A stretch of DNA of 64,000 nt from Fibrobacterales bacterium (GTDB lineage Bacteria > Fibrobacterota > Fibrobacteria > Fibrobacterales > JAOPTW01): positions 1 to 64,000 of the forward strand of contig JAOPTX010000010.1 of NCBI GenBank assembly GCA_051532055.1, read 5' to 3'. Below, one piece after another: positions 21,077 through 31,220 of the stretch. Each line of letters begins with the position of its first letter. Within the stretch, counting starts at the first letter, position 1. The notes under the pieces are model-generated. The model had not been told where the DNA came from. It searched no databases and saw nothing but the letters and a program-made list of their open reading frames with translations. A program made the position numbers and the translations under genes.

Positions 21077-21132
21077 AATTGGGTACAGAATAAAAAGTAA
21101 AATAGTAAATATATTGAATTTTTAGTTTTAGA

Positions 21133-21432
21133 TTATTTAGCGCAGAACTTATCCATAAGAACTTTAATAAGTTGGAGTGTTTTCTTGTCTTTAACACGAT
21201 AAAAAACCTGGTTACCCTCTTTTCGGGTTACCAATACTCCGCGATCTCGTAATTTACCGAGATGCTGAGAAAGATTGCTCTGACTGGTACAGCAGCGTTC
21301 TTCCATTTCGTGGACAGACAATTCACCTTCTCCAATGTTGCAGATGGCTAATAGGCGTATTTCGTGTGAAATCGCTTTAAGGAACTCTGATGCTTCAGAA
21401 GCATTTTGCTGTAATTTCGAATAATCTTTCAT
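21133..21432 (-). CDS. ArsR/SmtB-family repressor, BigR/SqrR/YgaV-type
   Basis: LKAISH.IRL.xxC, SQSNLSQHL..LR, V.TRKEG.QVFY, C-terminal FC; both persulfide-sensing Cys positions present. Confidence 0.88.
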   Translation of the reverse strand: MKDYSKLQQNASEASEFLKAISHEIRLLAICNIGEGELSVHEMEERCCTSQSNLSQHLGKLRDRGVLVTRKEGNQVFYRVKDKKTLQLIKVLMDKFCAK

Positions 21433-21589
21433 ATCTTAGAATGTAATAAAAGTGCAACCTATTTCAATCACAATTAATACAGCAATTTCAAAGCTGTACC
21501 AATGTTTTTGGTCATAGTAGCAATTTATAGGTGAGCAGGCAAATTTAATCTGATATTTCTACATTTGTATTCCTTATTGAGGACCTGAA

Positions 21590-22540
21590 ATGCCACATAA
21601 AAATGAATTTGCCCTACTTAGAAACGAGTACTATCGACCTTACAAAAATTATCTTTCGGAGCTTTTCCCTGAGTATAAAAAGGTGTGGAAAGTGAGTATT
21701 GATGCTGGTTTCACGTGTCCCAATAGGGATGGCTCTAAAAGTAGAGGTGGTTGCACATATTGTAACAATGAAAGTTTTAGCCCGGCACATGGTAATGATC
21801 ATATTCCAGTACACGATCAGGTCTCTAATGGTGTCAAATTTTTAAAGCACCGGTATAAAGCGGATAAGTACATTGCCTATTTTCAGCCGTATACTAATAC
21901 CTATGCTCCCATTGAAAAATTACGCGCTCTCTATGAAGAGGCAATAGCACATCCTGACATCTGTGCCTTGACCATTGGTACGCGTCCTGATTGTGTAACC
22001 CCTGAAGTGGTGGCTTTGTGTGAAGAACTTTCTCAAAGAGTGCATGTTACACTAGAATTGGGACTCCAAACATCTCATGATAGTACCCTTGAAAGAATAA
22101 ACCGTTGTGATACTTGGTCAGAGTTTGAACGTGCTATGAATTTACTTAAAGAGAGTCCTGTTGAAACCTGTATTCATATAATTATTGGGTTACCGGGTGA
22201 AGAACGCTCTCACTTTGTTGAGACTGCACAAAAAATAGGGCAATGGAAATATCATACGTTGAAGTTGCATCCATTGCATATAGTGAAGCAGACGATTATC
22301 GTCAAAGAGTTTAAAGAAGGAGTTATAGAGCTTCTGACAGAGCAAGAGTATATTGAGTCTGTAACTGATTTTCTCGAATGGGTTCCTGCTGATGTGGGAA
22401 TACAACGATTCACGGGAGAAACTGGTGATGATAGTTTGATTGCGCCCGACTGGTGTAAGAAAAAAAATACAGTACAACCTGGAGTAATTGCAGAGTTTCA
22501 AAAACGAGGAACATGCCAAGGGAGCTCGGTGCAACATTAA
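21590..22540 (+). CDS. TIGR01212-family radical SAM protein (YhcC-like)
   Basis: KVSIDAGFTCPNRDG..GGCTYC, YFQPYTNTY, IGTRPDC, ELGLQT, LKLHPLHIVK. Confidence 0.92.
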   Translation: MPHKNEFALLRNEYYRPYKNYLSELFPEYKKVWKVSIDAGFTCPNRDGSKSRGGCTYCNNESFSPAHGNDHIPVHDQVSNGVKFLKHRYKADKYIAYFQPYTNTYAPIEKLRALYEEAIAHPDICALTIGTRPDCVTPEVVALCEELSQRVHVTLELGLQTSHDSTLERINRCDTWSEFERAMNLLKESPVETCIHIIIGLPGEERSHFVETAQKIGQWKYHTLKLHPLHIVKQTIIVKEFKEGVIELLTEQEYIESVTDFLEWVPADVGIQRFTGETGDDSLIAPDWCKKKNTVQPGVIAEFQKRGTCQGSSVQH

Positions 22541-22572
22541 TTTTGTACTTGTAATAAAGCATCAAGAAGAAA

Positions 22573-22610
22573 TAAAAAAATCGCCCTTTGTTAAAAGGGC
22601 GATTTTTTTA
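22573..22610. terminator. Bidirectional intrinsic terminator
   Basis: TAAAAAAATCGCCCTTT-GTTA-AAAGGGCGATTTTTTTA between convergent genes. Confidence 0.88.
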
Positions 22611-22628
22611 TTTCAAACTGTAGTTCTC

Positions 22629-24086
22629 CTACATGCTCTCTCTATAATTGGGAGCCTCTTTAGTGATTTTTACATCATGAGGGTGAGACTCTCTGAGACT
22701 TGCAGATGTGATTTGTACAAATTGCGTTTTCTTTGGCATATCGGGGATTGTTTGGCAGCCAACATAAAACATTGCTTGGCCGAGCCCCCCAACAAGCTGG
22801 TGTACCGTGTCTTTTAGGAGGCCTTTATAAGGAATACGGCCTTCAATGCCTTCTGGAATTAATTCCTTTTCATCGGTATCTGCTTGAAAATAGCGATCAC
22901 TTGACCCTTTTTTCATTGCAGCGATAGAACCCATTCCGCGGTAGCTTTTAAATGAACGCCCTTCTGCAAGTATTCTTTCGCCAGGGGCTTCTTCTGTTCC
23001 TGCAAAAAGGCTACCGAGCATTACACAAGCGGCACCGCCAGCAAGGGCTTTTGCGATGTCTCCTGAGTACTTAATGCCCCCATCAGCAATGACAGTTACG
23101 CCATGTTTTGCACCTTCTGTTGCACAGTCCATAACGGCAGTTAATTGAGGAACTCCTACGCCTGCAACAATTCGAGTTGTGCAAATTGATCCTGGACCAA
23201 CACCTACCTTGACTACATCAGCTCCTGCTTCAGCGAGTGCTTTAACGGCGGCGGCAGTGACAATATTTCCTGCGACAATAGCAAGATCTTTGTGAAGTGA
23301 ACGAATCTCTTTTACTCGTTTAGCGACATCTAAATTGTGTCCATGAGCAACGTCAATTACGAGAACATCCACGCCCGCTTCAACAAGAGCATTAGTTCTC
23401 TCAATAGAGTCTGGGCCAATGCCAACAGATGCACCGACACGCAAATGTCCATCGGGATCAACACAAGCATTAGGATTGTTTTCGCGTTTTGAAATATCAG
23501 TAAGAGTAATGAGTCCACATAATTTGTTGTCAGAATCAACGAGAGGGAGTTTCTCGATGCGGTTTTGACGCATAAGCTCTTTAGCTTCAGGAAGTGACGT
23601 TTCAAGAGTACCAGTGACAAGCTCCTGTGTCATGAGGTCGGCTACTGAAGTGTCGTCACTAATAGTGTATCCACGTAGATCTCTGTTGGTTAATATACCA
23701 ACAAGCTTGCCTTCATCGATAACAGGGAAGCCTGATATGTTTTGTTGACGCATAATATTCAGTGCATCGGCAACAGGTTGATTTGGTGAAAGGGTTATTG
23801 GGTGACTTACAATGCCACTCTCCCACATTTTCACGGCCTTTACTTCGGCGGCTTGCTCTTGTATGGTCATATTCTTGTGAATAATCCCAAGACCGCCTTC
23901 ATTTGCTAAGGCAATAGCAAGGCTTGATGTGGTGACTGTGTCCATCGCGGCACTTAAAATAGGGATGTTTAACTCTATTTCAGAAGTCAATTTCGTTTTA
24001 AAACTTGTTTGATTAGGTTTAATATCCGATTCACCGGGTACAAGTAGTACATCATCGAATGTTAAGCCCTGTTTTAATGTATCCAT
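22629..24086 (-). CDS. guaB: IMP dehydrogenase
   Basis: [20 protein letters not shown] pair, [32 protein letters not shown]. Confidence 0.97.
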   Translation of the reverse strand: MDTLKQGLTFDDVLLVPGESDIKPNQTSFKTKLTSEIELNIPILSAAMDTVTTSSLAIALANEGGLGIIHKNMTIQEQAAEVKAVKMWESGIVSHPITLSPNQPVADALNIMRQQNISGFPVIDEGKLVGILTNRDLRGYTISDDTSVADLMTQELVTGTLETSLPEAKELMRQNRIEKLPLVDSDNKLCGLITLTDISKRENNPNACVDPDGHLRVGASVGIGPDSIERTNALVEAGVDVLVIDVAHGHNLDVAKRVKEIRSLHKDLAIVAGNIVTAAAVKALAEAGADVVKVGVGPGSICTTRIVAGVGVPQLTAVMDCATEGAKHGVTVIADGGIKYSGDIAKALAGGAACVMLGSLFAGTEEAPGERILAEGRSFKSYRGMGSIAAMKKGSSDRYFQADTDEKELIPEGIEGRIPYKGLLKDTVHQLVGGLGQAMFYVGCQTIPDMPKKTQFVQITSASLRESHPHDVKITKEAPNYRESM

Positions 24087-24098
24087 TGGGATTCCTCT

Positions 24099-24839
24099 TT
24101 ATTTATCTTCATTCCACATCAGGATTGATCCGCAATCATCACAACAATGTATACTGTCGTTTTTACGAATAGCCTGAATTCTCGGTTTTCTTATTTCACT
24201 ACCACATATGTCACAGGCGGTTTCGCCATTTTTTAGTTCGCCTACTATGTTACTCTGCTTGTGGCTTAGGAGCAATGGGTATTTCGATTTAAGTAATTTT
24301 TCGTAATAGTTTAAAAATTTAGGGGACGCTTTCTCTTTAAGAACAATAATTTTTTTATCAATCTCTTGCGCTTCACCAGCAATCCCTCTATAAACTTGAT
24401 TCAATTTATCGAATTCTGGTTTGTATTTTTTAGAAATTTCAACATAAACTCTTTCATACTCAGGAAGTTCCCGGTTGAGCCCTTCAAGCTCCTCGAGTTT
24501 CTCTAATTCTGAGAGCTCCCAATGTTCTATCTTAGATTCATGTGTGGCAATCTCATTCTGTACGGCGTCAAACTCTTTGTTATTTGCAATGGTGTTGAGG
24601 CGAGTGTTGCTCTTTTCAAGAAGAAGTTTTTCGTTTTCAACTTCTTTTTTGAGATTTTCAATATCAGCTTCTAATGTCGAAATATTGTTTTTCGTTTGTT
24701 CTACGATACCTTTTTTGGCTAGAACCTTCTCTTTAAGAATATTGATTTGGCCAGGGAGAACTTTTTGTTGGCTTGCAAGTTTGATTTTACCCATATCGAG
24801 GACGTCTATTTCTTTCAAAATTTTGAGCTGTTCAATCAT
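24099..24839 (-). CDS. Coiled-coil protein with C4 zinc ribbon (DUF164 / CdsZ / FlgZ-like)
   Basis: Long coiled coil with NNKEFDA.QNEI; C-terminal CDIC...CDDCGSIL. Confidence 0.85.
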   Translation of the reverse strand: MIEQLKILKEIDVLDMGKIKLASQQKVLPGQINILKEKVLAKKGIVEQTKNNISTLEADIENLKKEVENEKLLLEKSNTRLNTIANNKEFDAVQNEIATHESKIEHWELSELEKLEELEGLNRELPEYERVYVEISKKYKPEFDKLNQVYRGIAGEAQEIDKKIIVLKEKASPKFLNYYEKLLKSKYPLLLSHKQSNIVGELKNGETACDICGSEIRKPRIQAIRKNDSIHCCDDCGSILMWNEDK

Positions 24840-24937
24840 AGTACATCCTTTAAAATCAGTTATGTAAAAGTAGGAAATTTAGACCTATTTGGCCAGATAA
24901 GCCTCTCATTCAGTTGTCAATTTACAGAAGTGGGTAC

Positions 24938-24967
24938 AAAAAACGAGCAGTTTTGACTGCCCGTTTT
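24938..24967 (-). terminator. Intrinsic terminator downstream of the OMP remnant
   Basis: AAAAAACGAGCAGT-TTTG-ACTGCCCGTTTT. Confidence 0.6.
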
Positions 24968-24989
24968 AATGTGTTTATACCTGAGAGTC

Positions 24990-25225
24990 TTAAACGGTGA
25001 GTATAAAAGTGGCGTATGCGAGTTGTGTAATATTAGTAGAAATTACTGTTTCCACTGAAAGACTGTTATAAGGAAATCTCACCCCAGCAAAAGCAATAGC
25101 TGATCCAGTAAAAAGGGTTGAATTACTTGCTTCAGTACTGTTGGTATTATCTGGATTAAGGTTTTATATTGAGGCTCTGCTATAGTTGAGGGTGTATGAT
25201 GGCTTCCAATGGTTGGGAGTATTTT
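24990..25225 (-). pseudogene. Degenerate C-terminal remnant of a paralog of the adjacent outer-membrane protein
   Basis: Frame 25163->24990 reads ...AFAGVRFPYNSLSVET...ATFILTV*, versus GKLGIRWNYHRLSIES...TTVILTF* of 25345-26772; upstream stop and frameshift, no start. Confidence 0.6.
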
Positions 25226-25278
25226 GAAAGCTGATATAGCTAAGTGAGTTATTAGAATCGATAGAGACTTTAGCAAAG

Positions 25279-25313
25279 AAAAAGCCTCTACTGTGTTCAG
25301 TAAGGGCTTTTTT
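25279..25313 (-). terminator. Intrinsic terminator of the OMP gene
   Basis: AAAAAGCCTCTACTG-TGTT-CAGTAAGGGCTTTTTT. Confidence 0.7.
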
Positions 25314-25344
25314 GATTAAAGTTAAACTATTAAACTATTAGACT

Positions 25345-26772
25345 TTAGAATGTGAGAATAACAGTGGTTTCTGTATGAAGGGCACTGCCTTTGAATACAG
25401 AAGATACGCCATCGTTAAATACGTCTCTTTTCAGGTTAGACTCAATAGAGAGACGGTGATAGTTCCAACGAATACCAAGTTTGCCTGTTGTGTTACTATT
25501 TGAGATTTTATTATTTTCACTCGTTGTATTGGTGCGATAGTCTGTTGGTGTAGTTGTTAGAGTACTAAAGTCACCAATTTTGTCTTCTGATGAAGAAGTG
25601 CGACTAATAGCATGGGCAATAGAACCAAACATTAAGAAATTTTGTGTAAGTGCGTATTCAGTACTGACACTTGGGATAAGAGATAAGTCAAAATCGACTT
25701 TTCCCTCTGATGATCCCGCGGATTTATCTGCAGCAACCACACTGGTAATAGTGATATTTGAGGCCGCTCCCAGATAGACGTTGATATCTCCTGCTGATTT
25801 AGCAAGGAGGCCATAATTGACATCAAAGGCATAGACTGAGTGATTGTCGCCTTTGGTGGTAGCGGTAGTGGTTGTTGCGGGAACAACGCCCGTATTATTC
25901 GTTTTTACTTTATCTTCATGGCTTTTAAGTAATAATGTAGCTTTGAGGTCTACGCCATGGGCGCCACTTCCTATAAAGGCACCTGCATAAACTCCAATGC
26001 GAGTAATGTCATTGTTAGTAGTCGTTTTTACAGTACTTGAAGATTTAGTAATGTTTTCTGTAGTGTTAATTTGAAAATATTCAAGTCCACCATAGAGCTC
26101 AAGCATACCCATGTCGAAGGACCCGAAAAGTCCGATCAATTGATTTGTGGGAGCAGTTATTTCAATACTTGTATCATTGGTATTTGTAGAGTCACTTTGT
26201 TTGTTAGTATTTTTTGAGTATGACCTGTTTAAAGATGTGTAGAGACCTGCGCCAAATTTTGAACTTGCGTAGCCAACATGGAAATTGCCACCAAGAGTAT
26301 TTTTGGTGGCATCAGGTGCACTTTGTGTGCCGTATGCAAAAATACTTCCTCCAAAAGCATCAATTGAGAGCATGCCTTGGAATTTTGTTGAGTCGTTGTT
26401 TGAGATTAAGATAAACTCTTTGCCGGAAATACGATGAGGGAGTATTAAAAATGTAGATGGTCCATCACCCGCCATAACATTTCCAGACATTCCAGCTTCA
26501 TATGCATATCCATAAAACTCAGGAAGTTTTAGGTCTGCGGCATCTTCATCTTTTGGAGCAGCAGCTTCTGTTTGAGCAGAAGGAAGCACTGAAGCGCTGG
26601 TTTGAACCAATGGCTCTGTTACAGGCTCTGGTGTTGGCTCAAATACCACTTCTGCCTCTGCTTGAGTCGACTCTTGAACTGGTTGTTCAGTGACTGGTTG
26701 CTCCATCTCTTGTGCTACAACTATAGTTGCAGACATGATCGTGAGTGCTATGAGTGTTTGTCTTAGTTTCAT
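25345..26772 (-). CDS. Putative outer-membrane beta-barrel protein
   Basis: Signal peptide, acidic Pro-rich N-terminal linker, alternating beta strands, Thr/Ser-rich loops, C-terminal Phe (BAM signal). Confidence 0.75.
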   Translation of the reverse strand: MKLRQTLIALTIMSATIVVAQEMEQPVTEQPVQESTQAEAEVVFEPTPEPVTEPLVQTSASVLPSAQTEAAAPKDEDAADLKLPEFYGYAYEAGMSGNVMAGDGPSTFLILPHRISGKEFILISNNDSTKFQGMLSIDAFGGSIFAYGTQSAPDATKNTLGGNFHVGYASSKFGAGLYTSLNRSYSKNTNKQSDSTNTNDTSIEITAPTNQLIGLFGSFDMGMLELYGGLEYFQINTTENITKSSSTVKTTTNNDITRIGVYAGAFIGSGAHGVDLKATLLLKSHEDKVKTNNTGVVPATTTTATTKGDNHSVYAFDVNYGLLAKSAGDINVYLGAASNITITSVVAADKSAGSSEGKVDFDLSLIPSVSTEYALTQNFLMFGSIAHAISRTSSSEDKIGDFSTLTTTPTDYRTNTTSENNKISNSNTTGKLGIRWNYHRLSIESNLKRDVFNDGVSSVFKGSALHTETTVILTF

Positions 26773-26914
26773 CTATTTCACCTATAATTAGTTGCGTAAA
26801 TTAAAAATTAACACAACGGTGTTGTTCTGTGAAAAAAAAAGTAAAAATTGTGAAAATATAACAGCTTACCACTAGTGCCATTGAGTGAATAGCGGTTAGT
26901 ATCAGCAGAGTAGG

Positions 26915-27466
26915 CTAAGAGTTAAAGCTTCCCATGGCTTTTTCGATGCCTTGAGTAATAAGAGATTCGAGGAGTGTCTCGCATTTATAAACTGCAGATT
27001 CGCAGGCTTCTGCATCTGATCCACGAGGTTTACTTAAAACAAATCGAGATACATCTTCACCCTGACGAGGGATGCCTACCCCGAGACGGACTCGCGTAAA
27101 TTGATCACCGAGGTGTTGAATAATGTTTCGAAGTCCATTTTGTCCGCCATGAGAGCCTTTGCCCCTAATTCTGATGCGGCCAGCATCTAAATTGAGATCA
27201 TCAACAAAGACAATGAGGTCTTCGGGTTGGAGCTTATAAAAACGCATGATTGGCTGTATGGCTTCACCGCTCACATTCATATAGGTTTGAGGTTTCACAA
27301 AGAGGACATCTTCACCGGCAAATTTTTGTTTGTAGACAAGAGCGTTATTTTGAAGTTTAAATTGTGCGCTAGATCCTACGATAGAGTCAATAGCGGCAAA
27401 ACCGATATTATGTCGGGTATTTTCATACTTTGATCCGGGGTTACCGAGGCCAGCGACGATTTTCAT
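26915..27466 (-). CDS. pth: Peptidyl-tRNA hydrolase
   Basis: MKIVAGLGNPG..Y..TRHNIGF, KPQTYMNVSG, GSHGGQNG; start reassigned to 27466. Confidence 0.96.
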   Translation of the reverse strand: MKIVAGLGNPGSKYENTRHNIGFAAIDSIVGSSAQFKLQNNALVYKQKFAGEDVLFVKPQTYMNVSGEAIQPIMRFYKLQPEDLIVFVDDLNLDAGRIRIRGKGSHGGQNGLRNIIQHLGDQFTRVRLGVGIPRQGEDVSRFVLSKPRGSDAEACESAVYKCETLLESLITQGIEKAMGSFNS

Positions 27467-27494
27467 AGGATGAGACTCTTTTTGTAGGTAAAAA

Positions 27495-27530
27495 TAAAAA
27501 AAGCCCTTATATAAATAAGGGCTTTTTTTA
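27495..27530 (-). terminator. Intrinsic terminator after rplY
   Basis: TAAAAAAAGCCCTTAT-ATAA-ATAAGGGCTTTTTTTA. Confidence 0.8.
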
Positions 27531-27548
27531 AAATCTATTGTGCGAAAA

Positions 27549-28157
27549 TTATCCTGCGGTTGCCTCAGCAACTTCAGTTGTCTCTTCTTCACCCTCTTTC
27601 TTTCCACCCTTAGTAGAGATTGAAAAAAGAACTGCTTTGTCAGAAGAAGCAAGAGTAGCGCTGCCAAAATCAATATCACGAACATAATACGTGTGACCAG
27701 CTTTATACTCGTCAATTTTGATTGTAACAGATTCAGGCATCTCTTGTTTTGGGTCACAAGCAATTGTTACGACTTTTGTAGGTTGGAAAAGTTTGCCACC
27801 TTCAGTTTTAACACCGTAGGGAACGCCTTCTAGTTTAAGAGAAACTTGAACGTTTACTGGCTCATTTTCATTAATAATTTTAAAATCAATATGAGTAACA
27901 GTTTGTTGGAATGTGTCACGTTGAACAGCATACACTACAACAGTCTTTGACTCGCCACCAACTTTTAGCTCAACAAGCTTGTTTCTTTGGCCTTTGAAAT
28001 AAACCTTTCTAAATTCTTTTTCTGCAACAACGACAGAGAAAGACTCTTCTTTATTACCATAAACGACAGCAGGGATATTTCCCTCTTTGCGCATAGCTTT
28101 AATTTGGCTTTTCGCGCCTTGTTCTCTTTTCTCTGCGTTTAATTCTACAGTATTCAT
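27549..28157 (-). CDS. rplY: 50S ribosomal protein L25 / general stress protein Ctc
   Basis: RKEGNIPAVVYG, VQRD...HIDF, GVKTEGG; adjacent to pth. Confidence 0.93.
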   Translation of the reverse strand: MNTVELNAEKREQGAKSQIKAMRKEGNIPAVVYGNKEESFSVVVAEKEFRKVYFKGQRNKLVELKVGGESKTVVVYAVQRDTFQQTVTHIDFKIINENEPVNVQVSLKLEGVPYGVKTEGGKLFQPTKVVTIACDPKQEMPESVTIKIDEYKAGHTYYVRDIDFGSATLASSDKAVLFSISTKGGKKEGEEETTEVAEATAG

Positions 28158-28196
28158 ATAAGCTCCACGTCTCCCGCGAATGGGAAGTTAAAAAAA

Positions 28197-28269
28197 TTGG
28201 GGTAGCTGGACTCGAACCAGCGCATACCAGAATCAAAATCTGGTGTCTTACCAACTTGACTATACCCCA
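28197..28269 (-). tRNA. tRNA-Gln(TTG)
   Basis: Reverse complement TGGGGTATAGTCAAGTTGGTAAGACACCAGATTTTGATTCTGGTATGCGCTGGTTCGAGTCCAGCTACCCCAA; CCA not encoded. Confidence 0.95.
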
Positions 28270-28337
28270 ATTTTGGTGGTGCTAAATCTATAAAATATAA
28301 AAGAGTTGTCTAGGCTGTTTTGTATATTTATATCGAT

Positions 28338-29186
28338 TTATTTGAAATTAGTTACAGCGCCGTATTTTTTAGCAGTATTTATCATACTTAAACAACGTTC
28401 AGCGCTCTTCTTTTCTTCAAATAACCCAAACACACTCGACCCGCTACCGGAGAGGAGTGAAGACACTGCGCCAAATTCTCGCATGGTCTCTTTAAGCTCT
28501 TGTATGACAGGGTGTTTAGGAATAATGGTTTCTTCAAATTTATTATAAAGGTATGTTGGGTCAATGAGGATGTTTCCATGATACTTCAAATATTGTGATT
28601 TGAAATCGATATAGCGTTGATTGCCTGATGGGGTAAGTGCACTATATGCGTCTGGAGTGCTAATAAAAAGATCGGGTGTAATGATAAGTACAGAAAGGTC
28701 ACAAGGAGGGTGAGTGGGGTACAGATTGTCACCGATACCTTCACCGAAACTGCTTTTACCTTGAATCATGAATGGAATATCGGCGCCAAGAGGGGCTGCA
28801 ATTTTTTCGAGTTCAGGTAATGAGAGTTGTAAATCCCAAAGTTCGTTCAAAAGAACAAGTGCCGCTGCTCCATCTGCAGAGCCGCCTCCGAGTCCAGCCC
28901 CAGAAGGGAGCTTTTTTTCGAGTAGAAATCGTACACCTCTGTTGGTTCCCGTATATTCTTTGAGGGCACAGGCTGCTTTGTAGATTAGGTTGTCTTGGGG
29001 GTTCACTGTAACTGCATGTGTCGATTCTAATTCAATAATTGAATCATCTGCCAGTTCACCATGAAGTAAATCGTGGATGCCAATGCGTTGAAAGAGAGTG
29101 CCTATATTATGGTAGCCATCATCTCTTTTGGTGAGGACATCAAGGAAAAGATTGATTTTTGCGTATGCTTTTTTAGTAAGTCTCAT
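28338..29186 (-). CDS. ispE: 4-diphosphocytidyl-2-C-methyl-D-erythritol kinase
   Basis: AKINLFL...RDDGYH, KKLPSGAGLGGGSAD, LGADIPF, LSGSGS. Confidence 0.96.
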   Translation of the reverse strand: MRLTKKAYAKINLFLDVLTKRDDGYHNIGTLFQRIGIHDLLHGELADDSIIELESTHAVTVNPQDNLIYKAACALKEYTGTNRGVRFLLEKKLPSGAGLGGGSADGAAALVLLNELWDLQLSLPELEKIAAPLGADIPFMIQGKSSFGEGIGDNLYPTHPPCDLSVLIITPDLFISTPDAYSALTPSGNQRYIDFKSQYLKYHGNILIDPTYLYNKFEETIIPKHPVIQELKETMREFGAVSSLLSGSGSSVFGLFEEKKSAERCLSMINTAKKYGAVTNFK

Positions 29187-29339
29187 AGTAATGGGGGAAA
29201 GTATTGAGTGTTTATAGTATGATTAAGGGAGCCTACATAGGTAAGTTTTAGGCAAAATGTATTAATAATGTACTACTATGTGTGTGATTTGGAGGGTAAA
29301 ATACTAAATTTTCCTCTTTGCCACATAGTGAGGTATGGT

Positions 29340-30275
29340 ATGAAAAATCAAGATGATTTACTGACTCTTAAGGACTGGTCAGTTACTGATATTGAGCAGG
29401 TTTTAAACACTGCACGAGATACAAAATCTGAGTTTAAAAAACAGGGAGCTTCGGATGCGCTGAAGGGTAAAACTATTGCGCTTTATTTTGAGAAGCCAAG
29501 CTTACGCACTATTATAACCTTTCAAGTGGGGATTACCCAGTTAGGTGGAAATAGTGTTATTCTTGACCCCAATTCTATTGGAATGGGTAAACGTGAGCCA
29601 ATAAAAGATATTGCTCGTTGTCTCTCTCGTTGGGTTGATGCATTGGTGGTACGGTGTTTTGATCAGAAATTGGTTGAGGAGTTGGCGGAGTGGAGCTCTG
29701 TGCCGGTAATTAATGCACTCACCGACGACTATCACCCGTGCCAGGCACTGGCGTTTGGCCAAAGTGTTGTTGAACACAAGGGGGCCCTTAAGGATAAAAA
29801 AGTGGTATTTATTGGGGATGGCAATAATGTCGCTAATTCTTTGATGATACTCGCTGCAAAGATGGGGATGCATTTTGTGCTCTCATGTCCCAAAGGGTAT
29901 GAGCAGCCTGATGAACTTGTTGAAGAGATGCAGGAATTATTTGCCGAGAGCGGAGGTTCGTATGCTTGTATATATGATCCAGAGGAGGCGGTTAAAGGCG
30001 CTGATGTACTGTATTCTGACGTATGGGTGAGTATGGGGCAAGAGTCTGAAAAAGATGAAAAAGCTCAGGTATTTGCACCCTATGCTATTACAGCTGAGTT
30101 AGTAGCAAAGGCTGGAGAAGGCTGTTTGGTCACTCACTGTCTCCCGGCTCATCGTGGGGAAGAAATTACGGATGAAGTAATGGAGAGTGATTATTCCATT
30201 TGCTTTGATGAGGCAGAGAATCGACTTCATGCACAAAAAGGTGTAATGCTTGACCTGATAAGAGGTGTCGTGTAA
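29340..30275 (+). CDS. argF: Ornithine carbamoyltransferase
   Basis: FEKPSLRT, INALTD..HPCQ, GDGNNV, DVWVSMGQE, HCLPAHRG, AENRLH. Confidence 0.95.
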   Translation: MKNQDDLLTLKDWSVTDIEQVLNTARDTKSEFKKQGASDALKGKTIALYFEKPSLRTIITFQVGITQLGGNSVILDPNSIGMGKREPIKDIARCLSRWVDALVVRCFDQKLVEELAEWSSVPVINALTDDYHPCQALAFGQSVVEHKGALKDKKVVFIGDGNNVANSLMILAAKMGMHFVLSCPKGYEQPDELVEEMQELFAESGGSYACIYDPEEAVKGADVLYSDVWVSMGQESEKDEKAQVFAPYAITAELVAKAGEGCLVTHCLPAHRGEEITDEVMESDYSICFDEAENRLHAQKGVMLDLIRGVV

Positions 30276-30300
30276 GTTTAAAACCATTTTTGAGTATTAA

Positions 30301-30342
30301 TAAAAAGAGCGAGCCACCCTTATGGGTGGCTCGCTCTTTTTA
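30301..30342. terminator. Bidirectional intrinsic terminator
   Basis: TAAAAAGAGCGAGCCACCC-TTAT-GGGTGGCTCGCTCTTTTTA. Confidence 0.9.
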
Positions 30343-30385
30343 TATTTGAGTAGGTGTCTTAAGAAATGACGTACCGTAAAAAAAT

Positions 30386-31078
30386 TTATTTCTCTTTTGG
30401 TACCGCTATTGAGTCTTTCTTTTCAGGAACTTGAGGCTGGGCTTTAGGTATGTGCTCTAGTGTAGCACTTGATTGGGCCGACTGTGCATTTGATGAAGAT
30501 GTTGATTCTTCAGCAACTTCTGTCACGGTATCTTGTGTGGTGACTGGTTCTTTGTCAGGAGCTAAAAAACCCTCAATTTCTACTTTATTTTTAACACTTC
30601 TCTTGGGAGTTGTTTGATTCATAGTAGGGTCTTCGTAAGGATTGTACTCAATTACTTTTTGAGGCCGGTTTGATGTTGGAGTGAGAGAATCTTTTTGAAT
30701 GGAGCTGTTGGCTCTTTTATGGAGCTTTACTTTTCGCTGTTCTTGCGATATTTTTGTTTTTTGAGCTGTTCCATTGATGACATCTGCTAGACCTATGAAT
30801 TTATTCTGTTCATCAAGGTAATACTCGTATTTGCGAAGTTGAGAAAGTTTTAGGTTTTTCATGCCGCGAATACTCTGCTGTGAGAGCGTGCCTTCTATCA
30901 TAAGCTGTGATTGTTCAGATGGTGTTATCATCGTTGCAGCTTTTTCGTACTCTCCTGTTTGGATATAGAGGTTAAAGGTTATGAGGAGCTCATTTGTTTT
31001 GTAGTCATCTTTGCGTTTTGCACTGCTACAACTTAAAATAAATAGTGAGGTAACAAGAAGCAGTATGAGCAGTTTCAT
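30386..31078 (-). CDS. Hypothetical lipoprotein
   Basis: MKLLILLLVTSLFILS-C lipobox; low-complexity C-terminus. Confidence 0.7.
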   Translation of the reverse strand: MKLLILLLVTSLFILSCSSAKRKDDYKTNELLITFNLYIQTGEYEKAATMITPSEQSQLMIEGTLSQQSIRGMKNLKLSQLRKYEYYLDEQNKFIGLADVINGTAQKTKISQEQRKVKLHKRANSSIQKDSLTPTSNRPQKVIEYNPYEDPTMNQTTPKRSVKNKVEIEGFLAPDKEPVTTQDTVTEVAEESTSSSNAQSAQSSATLEHIPKAQPQVPEKKDSIAVPKEK

Positions 31079-31220
31079 GGTCAACCTTTATTGTTTATTG
31101 TGGTATACTTAAATATAGGGCTATGGCGGAAAAAAACACACCGTCCCATGGTATTAAAATATAATGATTCTAATGTTGTCATAACAAAAAATATCCATTT
31201 TTTACCAAGATTAACAAGAG

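Noticed and set aside
27467..27763. 99-aa N-terminal extension of Pth in the ORF track
   Set aside because: Overlaps rplY and its terminator; the canonical Pth start is at 27466
28197..28269. A73 discriminator in tRNA-Gln alongside GlnRS
   Set aside because: Differs from E. coli G73, but I recall A73 in other bacterial tRNA-Gln genes; not evidence of novelty
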